Shown here: in pieces, positions 38,374 to 51,346 of the stretch
How positions within the stretch are numbered: the first letter of the stretch is position 1
How the letters are laid out: the number at the start of each line of letters is the position of its first letter
Source of the DNA: Zootoca vivipara
Lineage: Eukaryota
Assembly: GCF_963506605.1 (NCBI RefSeq)
Contig: NC_083276.1
Coordinates: 87,978,001 to 88,042,000 of the forward strand
DNA: 64,000 nucleotides
Direction of reading: 5' to 3'
Notes under the pieces: generated by a model
Databases searched by the model: none
Seen by the model: only the letters and a program-made list of their open reading frames with translations
Told to the model about the DNA's origin: nothing
Translations under genes and position numbers: made by a program

Positions 38374-39082
38374 AAATTTGGCTAAAATTTACCACAACCA
38401 TGATAACAAATGTTGGAGATGCAAGAAAGAAGAAGGTTCCTTTTACCACATGTGGTGGACATGCCCACTAGTAAGTGACTTCTGGAATAAGATTTATAAT
38501 GAACTCAAGAAAGTGTTGAAAAACACATTTGTTAAAAAAACCCAGAAGCATTTCTAGTGGGCATCATTGGAAATGAGATACCAAATAAAAATGTGTCTTT
38601 TTTTATGTATGCGGCGGCGGTGGCAAGAATTTTAATTGCGAAGAACTGGAAACTACCAACACTACCAATGATTGATGACTGGCAGATGAAGATGATGGAG
38701 TTTATGGAACTGGCTGAGATGACCGGGAGAATCCGCAACCGGGGAGAGGAAGCGATGGAAGAAGAATGGAAAGATTTTAAGTCATATTTTAAAAAATATG
38801 CAAGTGTGATATATTAAGAATAGAATTAGGTTGTAAATAAACTGTGGAAAATAGGAATATGTTAATTGAGAATTAAAATTAGATTATATGAGGTGATTAA
38901 AATGGGTTAGAACTTGCTAAAATAGAAATGTGATTAAGAACCACAGGGGAAGGGATCCCGAGGGGGTCCACATATGCAATGCATTTTTCTTTTTTCTATT
39001 TTTCTATTTTTTATCCTTTTTGTAATGCTTTTTTGTTCTTCTTTTATTCTGGAAAAACCTAATAAAAATATTATATAAAAAA
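38374..39082 (+). mobile_element. L1/Tx1-clade LINE 3' fragment including CCHC knuckle
   Basis: KCWRCKKEEGSFYHMWWTCP…FW, frameshift, …ARILIAKNWK…DDWQMKM; aataaa plus A-tail; 15-bp TSD aggaagatgg(c/g)gcca (38359-38373, 39083-39097). Confidence 0.9.
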
Positions 39083-42000
39083 AGGAAGATGGGGCCACTG
39101 ACACTGGCTCCAGAGGGATAACAACAGGTTTAGTGGCGGAAAAGGCTCAGCACTCGTTTTCCAGGAGTTTGTGTCTGGTGGTAATGGGCAAATGGATTGG
39201 AACAGAAGCAAGGAGAATATGTGTTAACAGTTGGATGTGCCTCTGATGTGCTCTTTAGATTGAACAAACTGTGTGAACCGTTTGGAGCTGTTGTTTCCTG
39301 TTGTGAGGGGAAAGCAAAGGCCAAGCCCTCCTGGCTGTGAGAGGAGTTCCAGCATCTTACTGCTACAGATTTGGGGCCTTTAGAAGCACATCGGAGGTGA
39401 GGTGAACTGTTCTGTGCCACAAGTATCTTACCAGTCAGTGCCTGATGATTCACTTTCTGGGGGGGGGGGGAATCTTGATGTGGCATCAAAGGATCATAGC
39501 ATCTCAGCTTGGGTGTGTATCTATTGCTGAGGCACCACACATAAGCATTTGCCCTACTTTGGGGGCAATAGGCATCTTGTTAGGTGTTAAGTTTCTTTGT
39601 CTGCTCTGTGGAGAGTCTTCATATAGTGCTTGTGCGGGCATGCTTTGCAAAACAGTGAAACTCCTTTTACCCACACTGACATGCCAGCTGTCCCTTCTCT
39701 GAGTTACCAAGGCTATAAAATACCTCTTGGTGAGCTTTTGATGTTTTTGGCCTCCTTAGCTTGGAAGTGCCTGAGTCAGTTCTCAGGCTCTGTGTTTAAG
39801 TTTCAGTTCTGCATTGCAAGCAGCAGGTTGCCGAAGACTTTCTTTCTTGGGAAGTATCTTGTATCTTTTTGCACGAACATCCTCTGGGTGGCCTCCACTT
39901 TGTGACAAGTCTCTTAGACTCAGCATCCTGCTACCTCTTAAACCTGCCTGCCTGTACAGAACCTCACATCAGCTAAAACAGCCTTGCAACTCTCTAGGGC
40001 CCCCTTTGTCTCTTGAGCAATCAACCTCTTGTCCAGAAAAGATTGCTCATTATCTATATGCCTGTCAAATAAGTAGCAAACAAACACAGGTTATAATCGC
40101 ACCAGGAAGGGTGACTGCTTTTCGGTAGCGGATGGCTTAAAGAGTCAGAGGTGCTTACCTCACCTCCCAGCAGGTGGGTTGCTGTTATTGGCCAAGAGTG
40201 GAAGGGGCAAGATGGCGGACTCACTGGCAGGAACACCAGGCCGCCTCTGTTGACCTCGCTGCTGCCTCGCCCCTGTTCTTTCTGGTAAGCTGCAGTGACT
40301 CACCTGCTGGGACCCACCATAGTCCTTGCTTCCACTGTTTTTGCTGCTGCAAATGTGCTGCCACTTAGTAACTGCATTTCTAGACAGTTGTCTTAATGCA
40401 AGGGTCACCAATGTGGTGCCCATGTGTGCCAGTGTGTCCCCCAATGATTCTTAGGGCTCCTGTGGGTGATTTCAGTAAATACCCCTTCAAAAATCCACAA
40501 TGCAGAAGGTGCTGTTTGCTTTTCTTGCTCAGTACCTGTTTGCACTGGCTCAGACTCTTCTACATTAAGCCCGTCTCTTCCCGTGCAGCAAAAAGAGATG
40601 GTAGGATTCTGAGATGATGGAAGAGGCTGTACTACTTCAGATTGTAGGTGGGGAGATACCATTTCTGAATGCTCCCCTACACAAATACATTCCTGCAAGT
40701 AAAAAGCTAACGCATCAGGGAAAAAGTTCCTAGCCCAATCTGCTCCCTTTTGTGTTTGTTTTCTGTTTGCAGGGAGTTCTTTAGTTGCAGAAACACTCAT
40801 TAATGTGACCATTGCCAGCAGTATAAAGTGCTAGAGAACATTCCTACTGTGTTCTGCTGCCTCAGCCTTATAGCTTAGCCAGGGTCCTTTGAATTAAAAC
40901 AAAAACAGAACAATTAAAGAGAACACCAGGAAAGTATCACACACCGCCGAAGCCGGATTTCACAAAGAACATGGGGGTTATCCAATGCTCTGAATTCACA
41001 AAGAGGTTTGGCTTATTTCAAAACAAACACAAAAATGAATAGGTTTTCCGATGCTCATTTTCTGTGCACAAAGAAACCTCATGTCAGAACCTCTGACATC
41101 AGGTTTCGCTGTTCACTGAAAATGAACACTAGAGAAACAACCCATTTGAACAAAAATCCAACCAGACTGCTTTAGGTATACAAATTAGTCCATGCTAGTA
41201 CCTAGACATTCAATTATAATATTCCCCAAAGTTGGAAACATCTGGACTGGACCCTTAGCGCTCGCTTGCACAACTTCATGCACCCTGTTTTGAGTTCAGC
41301 AGCTGCAGGATAAGGGAAGAGGTTAAGCAACAGGAGACTTTTCATCTTCCTAAAAATCAATTAGGTGTTTTCTGTTGAGGAGTATTTAGCCACCGAATGA
41401 GTCTGTGTGCCATGCAAATAAAGACAAGTTTACTTTTGTTACATGCAACACAGCACACTGACTCAAGTGACTTAAAGTCAAGTATTCAGCATAATTGCAG
41501 TGGCATTCTGCATTTAAACCAGGATCTGAGTTCAGTGGAGATAAATGTAGCCATTTGGCTCCAAACACATACCCTCCATCATTTATCCAATGAAACTAGT
41601 GACATCCTGATTAATACTACTACTCCTAATAATAATAAGAAGAAGAGAAAAGAAAAGAAAAGAAAGCAATAGAAACTAAGTAATTGTGTAAGTGTTTTAA
41701 TAACTAAAATTGCTAAATAGCAATGGGGAAGGGGGAAAGCCATTGCACTTTGATTGTTTCTTTGGTTAGAGGAATACTGTCAACAAAACAGGAAAGCAAA
41801 GAAATATAAAATAAACTGATAACTTGGGTGGGATCAAAAGTTAATTTTCTTTGAGACATAACACCAATTTTGAATCAGATTTCCATATTGGGTAAAATAG
41901 TCATAGGCTTCGCTGGCACATTTTGGGCCACCTCTTATTGCCAGGAGCTTCCTTATGGTTGCCAATGGAAAGAGGGAAATTTGAAGTGTGGGAAATAAAA

Positions 42001-43366
42001 ACTGGATTAAAAGAATATAGGACTGGAACAAGGCTTGTTCCCCTAAGCGCAGTGTATGTATGGAATACTTGGCTCTTTCGTGACCAAATGATGGTTGGTT
42101 TCCTGAATGGTGCGTAATAGCACATTTCAGAAGGAATTTAGGTGATGTGTTTTCAGCTGTATAAGTGGCATTTGACTGCTTTCTCTCTTCACAGCCATAG
42201 CAAGACTGCAGTTCACCATGGTTCCATATGCATGCTCAGTGTGCACTTTGAATATATTCCAGACCTGTTACAGTTTTATCATTTGGCTCTCTATAATGAA
42301 TTTGGAACCTTCAAGTAAAAATTGCTATTTTCACTAGCTCATTTGTTTCCTTCTCACTTCCCCCAAGTCTCTTGTAACATGAAGAGCAATTCCATGATTT
42401 GCTTTGTGGCCCAAGGAGGATACTTCCATGATGGAACTCTCTGCCATGTAAAGCCTGTTGAGATTTCCATTCTACCTTAAGGGCAGACATGGGACTGGTG
42501 CATGTCACATGTCTGTCTTACACACACACCTGCACTGTATGCTGGGACTTCCATTTGTGTATAGCTTTTGTTTTTTTGCTTTGGACATGAAGGAGATCAG
42601 ACATGTTTCTCTTTGTCCTGATTTATGCTCAATAAATCTGCTTGTCAATATGCTACCACAGTCTCTCTCAGGCTACTTTTGCTGCGTAGTGGTATCTGCT
42701 GTTACAGTGCCATGCTTCTGAAGTCTGGGTTGCTATCCCAAAGCTGCCCCGGGAGTCGGAGATTGGCCGGGAGGAGTTGATCCTGCTGGGGCTTGCCAGT
42801 TGCCCTCTCGTCTCCCTGGTGGCCGCTAACACAGGGTTATGGGCCCAGATCCACGGTGCTACCATCATGGCTGAAACATGTAGCCACATGAATTTTTCTG
42901 GTCACATGGAGCTTTTTCACACCAGTAATGAATACTCGCATGAAATCTAGTACTGCCATAAGGAATCGTTATAGGTTTAGGAGGATCCATGTGGGAAGCC
43001 ATGCTAAATGTTTTCAATTCAGGCAAGGAGAAGTGGCCTCCAATGGGAGGGTGAGTAGAGATTGAATAAATGATTGAATAGTGGAGAGTTATGGGGCCCT
43101 TAATGACAACTCCAAACCATGGTACGCCTTTACTTTTGGGAGCTAAGGGGCCTACCACAAAATCTAAGTAGGGAGTCCGCCTATGGCCCCTCTAAAATTT
43201 GGCCAGCAGAATAAACCATTTCTTTTTCTTTAATAAAAATTGTGTTGTGGGTTGTTGTCAAGCACATGGCAGGTGATCACATATGGCTTGTGGACTTGGA
43301 GTCGTATAGACCTGAGGGCATACAGTACTCTCTTAACCTTAGAGCCAGCCTACAAAAACACATAGA

Positions 43367-43480
43367 CCAGGTGTGGGGAAACTTTGGCTCTCCAGGTATT
43401 GTTGAGCTAGAACTCACATCATCCTTGCTGGGGCATGTGGGAGTTGTAGTTCTGCAACATCTGGAGGGTCACATCTGGTA
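43367..43480. mobile_element. Degenerate hAT MITE within a larger inverted repeat (about 43327-43530)
   Basis: caggtgtggggaaac…tctccag / ctggagggtcacatctg; outer arms ttagagccagcctaca / tgtagactgactctaa. Confidence 0.5.
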
Positions 43481-44472
43481 TAGATTGTAGATTGGTTCTG
43501 TGTAGACTGACTCTAAGTTTGATTTAGAGTGTGGCCATGGTTGCAACTTACCCATTTTGTTCAGTTGAACTAGGAGGAATGGCTCAGGACAAAGGACTCC
43601 CATGTCATAGTGTCTATCTGTACAGTTCCCTCTTCTGCAGGGCCTTCTGGGTTATGGCAGAAGTGCTTCAAGAAATGCAGAGAACTAAGCAGGTGGAGCC
43701 AGTTTAATACAGGCAAATATAAACTCTCAGAAGAGCAGTGAAAGAGCAGATCATGGGCAACTCTTCTTAAACAACAACTATAAGTCAACACAGGCTTCCA
43801 GCCAACCAATTTACACTCCCAGCACAGAGTCTTATTATGACACCACACTAGCTATCTGGAAATAAAATCCTTCATTTTAAAAACTTTCCTCAGCATTTTC
43901 TTTGCGTTTTCTGTCAGATCCTGGTTGCTGTTGTTTTGTAGTCTTCTCAAAACAAACATACACATATATATTCACACTGGTAAGCTTATGCATGTTAAGA
44001 AAAACGAAGTATCTGGATATAATATATGTGTTCAGAGTAGTGCTTGTGCCAAGATCCTCTGTTTTATACATCCCAACGTTTGTTGGGTTGCAGCTTAAAA
44101 TTCACTTTCAGGTGCTGTATCAGTGTGGGATGGATCAACGAGCCTATGAGGATGCTTTCAGTTGGTACCTGCTATTTTTTGCCAAATGTCAAGGTTTGAC
44201 ATTTGATGCTATTATCTGTTATCAGTTAATCACTCATCCTGAGTTTTTTTGTTTCTCTTGATCTGATATTGAACTGAGTTGTGCTGTTAAAATCAAATAA
44301 ACAGCCATGGATCTGGCGTTGCTTCATCTTGGGGGCAAGCAGCAATATTTCAATTAGTCTCCTTGTTCTCCTCTGTGCAATTGCTGTATCCCGGTGCTTT
44401 TTGATGTCTCTGATCAATTCCCTTGGGAAGGAGAGAATGACTAAGTATGACTCCGTGGGGCTGCCTTTGCTC

Positions 44473-44669
44473 TCAGATGAAATATTCTTTCCGGCTCTCA
44501 TCCATGGCTTCTTGAAGGGTAGGGTCATTTTTCAAAGCGGCATCTGCGCTTTCGGCAAATTCAGTTCCCTTTGCTTCGTTGGTGTGGTAGGTGCCCTTGT
44601 GCCGGTACATGTATCTCAGCATCACTACCAAGAGGCAAATCAAGACAAAAGCCACCGCTGCAATGACAC
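44473..44669 (-). CDS. GYPC: Glycophorin C, terminal coding exon (TM helix, band 4.1-binding motif, PDZ-binding C-terminus)
   Basis: Minus-strand acceptor ttcttcctccccatag|GT, phase 1, translates (G)[64 protein letters not shown]. This closely matches the mammalian GYPC C-terminus as recalled (…[30 protein letters not shown]…SRKEYFI). Confidence 0.95.
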
Positions 44670-45063
44670 CTATGGGGAGGAAGAAACATTTGAATGTTCC
44701 CTTTCATTAATGATTTCAAATAGCTGAAGGTTTTTGTTTTGTTTTTGTTTTGCATAGATGGATGCTTATGTTGAAGCCTTCAAAGGGAAAGCATTCATAC
44801 ACAGCAACACATCAGGTAGCGGCTTTGACATTGTGATGATGAAGACTGGATTGAGGAAAAAATATAAGCAATACAAAACAAAAACAAGAAACAACAAGAT
44901 CACCCCCCCATGCATATTTGTATTTTGGTAGACTTGTTGCTGTACCCATGTTGGCAGCTGCTTGAGACTTTCAGATCTTGTCAGTGCTTCCATCTCCCAT
45001 GGTTTTATGTATGTAAGATTCTGAGCCAACCTTGGTTTGGGCCACAGATTTTTTTGTACAGTT

Positions 45064-45199
45064 CAAGCATCCCCAAACTTCGCCGACCCAGATGTTTTGG
45101 ACTACAATTCCCATCTTCCCCGACCACTGGTCCTGTTAGCTAGGGATCATGGGAGTTGTAGGCCAAAACATCTGGAGGGCCACAGTTTGGGGATGTCCA
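45064..45199. mobile_element. hAT palindromic MITE in last GYPC intron
   Basis: Same family as 51347-51482. Confidence 0.85.
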
Positions 45200-46848
45200 G
45201 TTTATATGATTCTATGCTACTTAATTCCTGCTCCATTCCTGCCACACTCTCTCTGTTGCTCATAACCAAGCTTAAGTCTGAACCAGGAGTGTGAATAGAG
45301 TCAGTATATATTGGAATTGGCAAAAAAATTGAATTCCTCAAGCAAAAAAATGAATTCCTCTCCTCTCATTTGGTTCTCTACAGTCCACCCAACCAGTCTG
45401 AACCAGGACTTCGGTTTTACTCATTGTTTGTTCTGCAGATCTGGGTCTGATCTTGGACAGTTAGTCTTTGAAGCTTGGCTTACCACGAACATTTGACTCT
45501 GAAGTTATCACCATACCTGAGATCCTGAAGCAACCCCACAATGGTTACGGTATGGGTATGGGAAGTCACTTTACCTGTGCAAAGCACACTCGTCTGAAGC
45601 ATTAAGAAACCCTCAGAGCTTTTGTTGCCTGATTCCAGGAATCAAAGTTACTGCTATGAAAAAGAAAATTGCCCCTGTAAAGATGTTGCCTCTGGTATTA
45701 TAATGCGGCTCCAATAGGGAATTCATCAATTTTTAAGGCCCGTGATGGACTCTCAAAGCACAATAGGCTATAATGCTCTTTAGATGTTGTACAGTATTAA
45801 TAAGCCTCAGGGGCTTAGCACAATTCAATTTCCCTCCTAATAACTTGTAGGAAGCTAAAATTAAAGTTACAGGAGATGGAACCTAAGGGAAATACAGCAG
45901 AACTTCACTAATTTCCACTAATGACGGGGAATCCACCTGGTGAATTACTGAAATTAGCAAGTACAGCAAGGAAGTGAGCAAACACAATAGAAATAGAGAA
46001 GGCCCAAATAATACATCTTAACATTTAAGAAGCTTCTTTGGGGAGAAATAGTAATTCAAGCGAACAACTTGAATTAGTACGACAATGCGCTAATGGGACT
46101 GTAGCAAAATTGCTGTAACAAGTTTCTGTCATGGTAGCTCTCATCAGTAGAAAAGCCTAGAGAGAGAATGCTCTTCTTAACACCAGTTGGTAATCTAAGA
46201 TGGTTTTGTATGTGCACGGGGAAACTTGCAGAGAGAGAGTGAAGTTCCGTGAGCGGGGAGAAAAAGAGGAGGCCTCACACTGCAAGGTTTTGGGACAGTA
46301 TCATCTGGAATCGCATAACATCAGAAGCCCTGGTCTCTCACAGATTTTAAAATGAGAGGTGGGAATGTGAGGATACCCACAAGGCAGAGCAGCCCCATGT
46401 GAGGCTGCTGTCTATAGTCTATATAGTAATCAAAAGATGGCACAACCAACAGGGATTGCATTCAGCTCCAGTGAGGAACCTTCTGCACTTAAGAGGCAAT
46501 GGGTGATTTATCAGATGCCACTCTGAACTCTGCCCCACACCCTCCGCAATCAGTTCTGGAAGATTAGGGGAATCCCCAGAACAGAATTAGGGAGGGCATA
46601 GAGGAGAAGAGTGGTAGGAAGCCCCATTGTGCAGGTGGGAATCCTTGCGCTGATGGGATGCTTACTTAGCACTGCACTAGATACAAACCTTTGAGAAGCA
46701 TTAAAACACTCCCTTCACACTGGTCTGGATAGCTAGTGGGTTAAACTGTGTTTCCTGAATCCAGTTTTTGACCTGTTTAATATCAGTTATTGCTTTTCAC
46801 CTCTTCATTTGTCTTGCCTGCAAAATCATTAATATTATTATTTCTCAA

Positions 46849-46924
46849 TGTTTAGTATGTTTCGTCGTGTCCGATTCTTCGTGAACCCATGGACCAGAGC
46901 ACGCCAGGCACTCCTGTCTTCCAC
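46849..46924 (-). mobile_element. Very short BovB 3' fragment
   Basis: Matches 853-920 (tccga.tcttcgtga.cccatggacca.agcacgccaggcactcctgtc); flanking aatattatta repeats. Confidence 0.75.
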
Positions 46925-47165
46925 AATATTATTACTATTGCCTGCTAAATCATCATCAGTAATAATAATAATCAGAATTAGAGTAGACCCACTTAAACAC
47001 ATTTATTTCAGTTAGTCATGTCAGTTGATGGATCTGAGTAGGGTTTATTTGGATACACAACCCCTATTTTTCATCTTCTATACCCCCATTTTACAGGGTT
47101 TATCTGTTTAGTCCTTTATGGGGAGGGGGGAATCAAAGTGGTCAATTTAGCACTAAGGGGATTGT

Positions 47166-47537
47166 TTAAATCCCTAAATGGCCTCGGTCCAGTATACCTG
47201 AAGGAGCGTCTCCACCCCCATCGTTCTGCCCGGACACCGAGGGCCTTCTGGCGGTTCCCTCGTTGCGAGAAGCCAAGTTGCGGGGAACCAGGCAGAGGGC
47301 CTTCTCGATGGTGGCAGCCGCCCTGTGGAATGCCCTCCCAACAGATGTCAAAGAGAAAAACAGCTACCAGATTTTTAGAAGACATCTGAAGGCAACCCTG
47401 TTTAGGGAGGCTTTTAATGTTTAAAATATTATTTTATTTCATTTTTCTGTTGGAAGCCGCCCAGAGTGGCTGGGGAAACCCAGCCAGATGGGCAGGGTAT
47501 AAATAATAAATTATTATTATTATTAATTATTATTATT
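47166..47537 (+). mobile_element. L2 LINE 3' end with (TTA)n tail
   Basis: FKSLNGLGPVYLKERLHPH…; same 3' end as 63177-63750. Confidence 0.88.
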
Positions 47538-48456
47538 CCATCAGTGTAAGGATTTCTGCCTACCCAACTGAACAGTATTCCATTTCTTCCCCCCTGCACT
47601 GTTCTGAGTGTTCTCCTGACCCGCCAAAGTGGATTTAGAGAAAGCAAGAGAGGTGCATAAGGCAGAGAGGGGGGAGCCCTATTGCACTAGTGGAAGTCCT
47701 TGTGTTGGCTTCTGCTAACAGAAAGAGCTGGTTGAATCCTACTATTATCTCTATATGATTTTCTCTAGACTTTAGCACTCTAACTGGGACTGTGCAGTTC
47801 AGACCTCCTTTCTCTCTGTGATGTTGCATTTATAATAATAATAATTTATGAAATGATATTAAATACCTCCTGATGTAAACATACAATGACTTTACTTCCG
47901 GTCTCTCCCCCCCCCCCTCACAACTGGGAAGCCTTCCAGGTACATATGCCTGCTACACCCTTGGGCTGTTTATCCCATCCATGCAAGCACCAAACATATT
48001 TTCTGCCAATTCTCTCTGCACTTCCGGTGCTGTGCTCCAATCCGCTTCCAGCAGGTCTGTGGTAGTTTCAATGAGGTTGTAACTGCAAGCCACACTTTTA
48101 GAAGTCTGGAGCCTTGCCTTTTTGTATAAATGTCTTACACACGGAGAGTGCACATTTTGTTGTACCTTCCCCATAATATTCCACCCTTCCCAAGGAAGCC
48201 CTCATTGCATGTGCTAGAAAGTCTGTTGTATAGCAGCTTTATAGATGTCTTTTCAGGTCTGGCCTGAATGGTTTGTCACATTTTCACAGACTATTAACAG
48301 AGACATATTGCATCACACCATTGATTTTTCAACAGAAAAGCTGAGTAGGTGTATATTATAATACTTATTTTTTTCTGGGCATAGGCAGAGAGTCCCATTT
48401 TGTTTCTTCAGTTCTGTGAAATACAGCCTTTTGTTCAAGCAAGATTGTGTTCTTAC

Positions 48457-48507
48457 CTCCGATGACTGCAATATCAGCTGCAGTCGGAGAGCTTCCAATA
48501 TTTGCAG
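48457..48507 (-). CDS. GYPC: Glycophorin C penultimate coding exon (51 nt, phase 1-1; xANIGSSPTAADIAVIG-G)
   Basis: Acceptor tattctatttctag| and donor G|gtaaga. The frame is open and splices in phase to the terminal exon, giving DIAVIGGVIAAV (human DIVVIAGVIAAV). Confidence 0.88.
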
Positions 48508-49190
48508 CTAGAAATAGAATATACAAAATCTAATTAGACAGGAGATCTCAGGTGATAAATAACCACAGCTACTGCAGTGAATGGAGCAGCGTTCTGGTTT
48601 TTTTTTTAACCATTCCATTCGTTTTCTCCCCATGAAACCAAGAATGTGAAGGATCTGGACTCAAAGGACAGCAATTAGAATCCTCAAATCATCAAATTGT
48701 AACATTGGAAAGGGACCTTGAGGTTCATCTGGTCCAACCTTTTGCAGTGGAATCTCAACTAAATCAAAAAGAAGAAGCCTAATTCAAGCATTGAGGATGC
48801 CCCCTGCTATACACAGGATAGGAAATCTGAGACCCTCCAGATGCTGTTGCACTACGACTCCAACATCAGAGGGACAAAGGTTCTCCATCCCTGCTGCACA
48901 CACTGAAAATAAATCACTAGCACACTTGTGTAGTAGCTCTGCAGCCCAAGGAAACATCACAAAATGTTACAAATATTCTCTGTCAACGTCTCTGGGTGAA
49001 AATTCATAAAAGCATAAGCGTTTCCTCCCTCGTTTTCCCTCTCAAGCACAAAATCCATGAAAGAAACATGTATGTTCTAAGTCGAATGACAGAAGACGTG
49101 TAAATGGCACCTTGATCATGTTTGGGACTTAGACTGATGGATTATGCATGATCCTGGTTTGTTTTTCACTTTGTGTACTTGACATATTCT

Positions 49191-51239
49191 TTTTTAAAAA
49201 AAATAATTTTTATTGATTTTACAAACAAAACTAAACAAACTACACAAACATACAATATAACACTGTCCCTTCGTTTTCCCTCCACCCACTGGTTCACCTC
49301 TGCCACCAGTGAAACCCGTGTGCTTTGAGAAACAAAGGGGTCCATTGTAAGTTGGGTTTAACCTCCCCCCTCCCTCCTCCCCCCTCCTCCCCCCTGCCAC
49401 TGAAAGGACAAGGGTGGAGGAGTTCTGAGCATTGGTTTCCCCCAGCTCATTCATAAGTATATATTTAACAAAAACAAACAAACATAATAGGGGAGAGTTT
49501 TAACTCCCCAATTCTTATTGCCTTAGCCTTATACTTGTGACTTCCTCGATAGTCTTCCTCCTGGTTTTCTTTAAACAAAATCTAAAGTTTATGGCGGGTT
49601 TTCTATTTCAGTTTAAAATCCTTTTCTTATAATATTAACTCAACCCTCCTCCTTTTCCATGCTGCCCTCCCACAGGTCCCCTCCTGCCACAAGAGGAACC
49701 TGTGGGGCACAGCATTTCCAAGGTTCCATTATATCCCCTCCTCACCCCCCTGAGCACCCCCTGCCACTGAGTATCTCAGAGTAAGGAAAGGAGAGTAGAC
49801 AGCTTTCTGCCTAAACCTAACTTAACTTACAAAAATTTACATTCACTTAAGTTCTTTCCTAAGCTGCTCTTATAATTCCCTCCAGAAAGCACAACTTTTT
49901 CCATTCATTTTTAGACTCCATCTCCTCTCCCTAAGTCTTTTCCCCCAATTGGATCATCATTTCCGTTAACAAGCCAAAATTTAAAAAACCGTCTCTCAAA
50001 AACTAAAAATAAAGTCTTTTAACTAAAATATTCACCCCACACCCATTCTTTCCCATGTCCATCTCCAGGCCCTTGTCCCCCCCTGCCCCTGTCTTTTCCA
50101 TTCCTCCCTAACATCATCCCACATTTCACCCCCTCCAGGATCTTCAAGTCCATCAATCCTCAAATTCCTTTGCTTCTCATTTTCTTGCTCTGCTTGATTT
50201 TCTTCCTTTTGAGGTCCATGCTTTGCTTCATCCCAAACATATTTTTTTAAAGTCCAAGTCCTCTTTAAAATTTTCATCTAATTGTTCCTCCTGGTATCCA
50301 AATTCAGTCTCCACAGTCTCCAAAGTCAAATTTTCCTCTAAATCCTGGGCTTGGACTTCATCCTCATCTGATGGTAAATTGGGATGCTGCCGTTCCTTGT
50401 AGATATCTTCCCATGTTTGTAAGTAGTTTAGCACAACCTCCTGGAAGGCTCGAGAGTACTTTGTTTTCATATTTCTCCTGACCGCAGACAAACAGGAGGT
50501 GGAGAACAAAGAGGTGCTGGAAAATTCCTTTCTCAGACGATCGACTCCATTTTGGCTGATCTTTTCCTTTGTCTTTTAACTCAATCACAACTCCATTCTT
50601 AAATCCAGTTTTTAAGTAATTCTACCACATTTTCATCCAATTTTTCCAATTATAACAGTACAATCAGTCCACCCGGTCTTTTGACAGCTTGACAGCTTTT
50701 TGACAGCTGTCAAAGCGCTCTCCCCCTTAATGATGCTGTTCCTCAAGGGGAGCCGGACTCGGGAGTTGAGAGGGTTCAAAAAGGTCTTTCTTTCTCTCGG
50801 GTCCACAGTCCCAAATGTCTTTTGTCGTTCAGCTTAAGGTTATTTAAAGCGCCTCCCAATTTTCCATTAGGAAGAGACCGACTTCCGTTTCTTTGGAGTC
50901 TCTCCTATTTTTCCAATTAACGAATTTAAAGTCCGTAATCGTAATTTCACTTACTTTTTTGGAAGTTCAAATTTATTCGGAAGAATCTGCCGCTTGCCGG
51001 GTCGGGACTCGGAGCTTCACTTCTCGGAGGTAAGATAAAGCCCAAAATGGCTCCCGCGGTTCCACCCCGCCGGCTCTCGATCGCTCTATTGAGCTCTCGG
51101 GCAGCGGGGGATCCGCAAAAAACGGAGCAACCGCTGGGCGCGTGAGTCACCGGGACTCTCTACCCGGTGTTTTTACGGGGAATCCGCTCGCTCTGCGAGG
51201 TCCCTGCGTCCTTCTCTCCGCCGCGACAGACCGGAAGTC
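49191..51239 (-). mobile_element. Complete about 2.05-kb non-autonomous L1-like (HAL1-like) retroposon in a GYPC intron
   Basis: Perfect 24-bp TSD cactttgtgtacttgacatattct (49167-49190, 51240-51263). CpG-rich 5' end GGACTTCCGG…, frameshifted acidic ORF with ENEKQRNLRIDGLED, AATAAA plus A-tail, no RT/EN motifs. Confidence 0.8.
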
Positions 51240-51346
51240 CACTTTGTGTACTTGACATATTCTACATTGTTTGGCGTCTTGCATGTGAGGCCTTAGATTC
51301 TAGAGGCTTGGGGACTAACCTGTAGGAGTAAGAGAAAACCCTATTC

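Noticed and set aside
43229-43708. GYPC poly(A) signal (minus-strand ATTAAA at 43703-43708 or 43229-43234)
   Set aside because: Both are variant hexamers and I cannot choose between them or exclude a more distal site without 3'-end data.
44473-44669. CNTNAP2/neurexin-family last exon
   Set aside because: It shares the [13 protein letters not shown] motif, but [12 protein letters not shown]…RKEYFI and the upstream DIAVIG exon match GYPC, and no laminin-G/EGF exons were found.
45576-45653. Possible extra GYPC exon (ttttctttttcatag| … CAG|gtaaag)
   Set aside because: All three frames contain stop codons.
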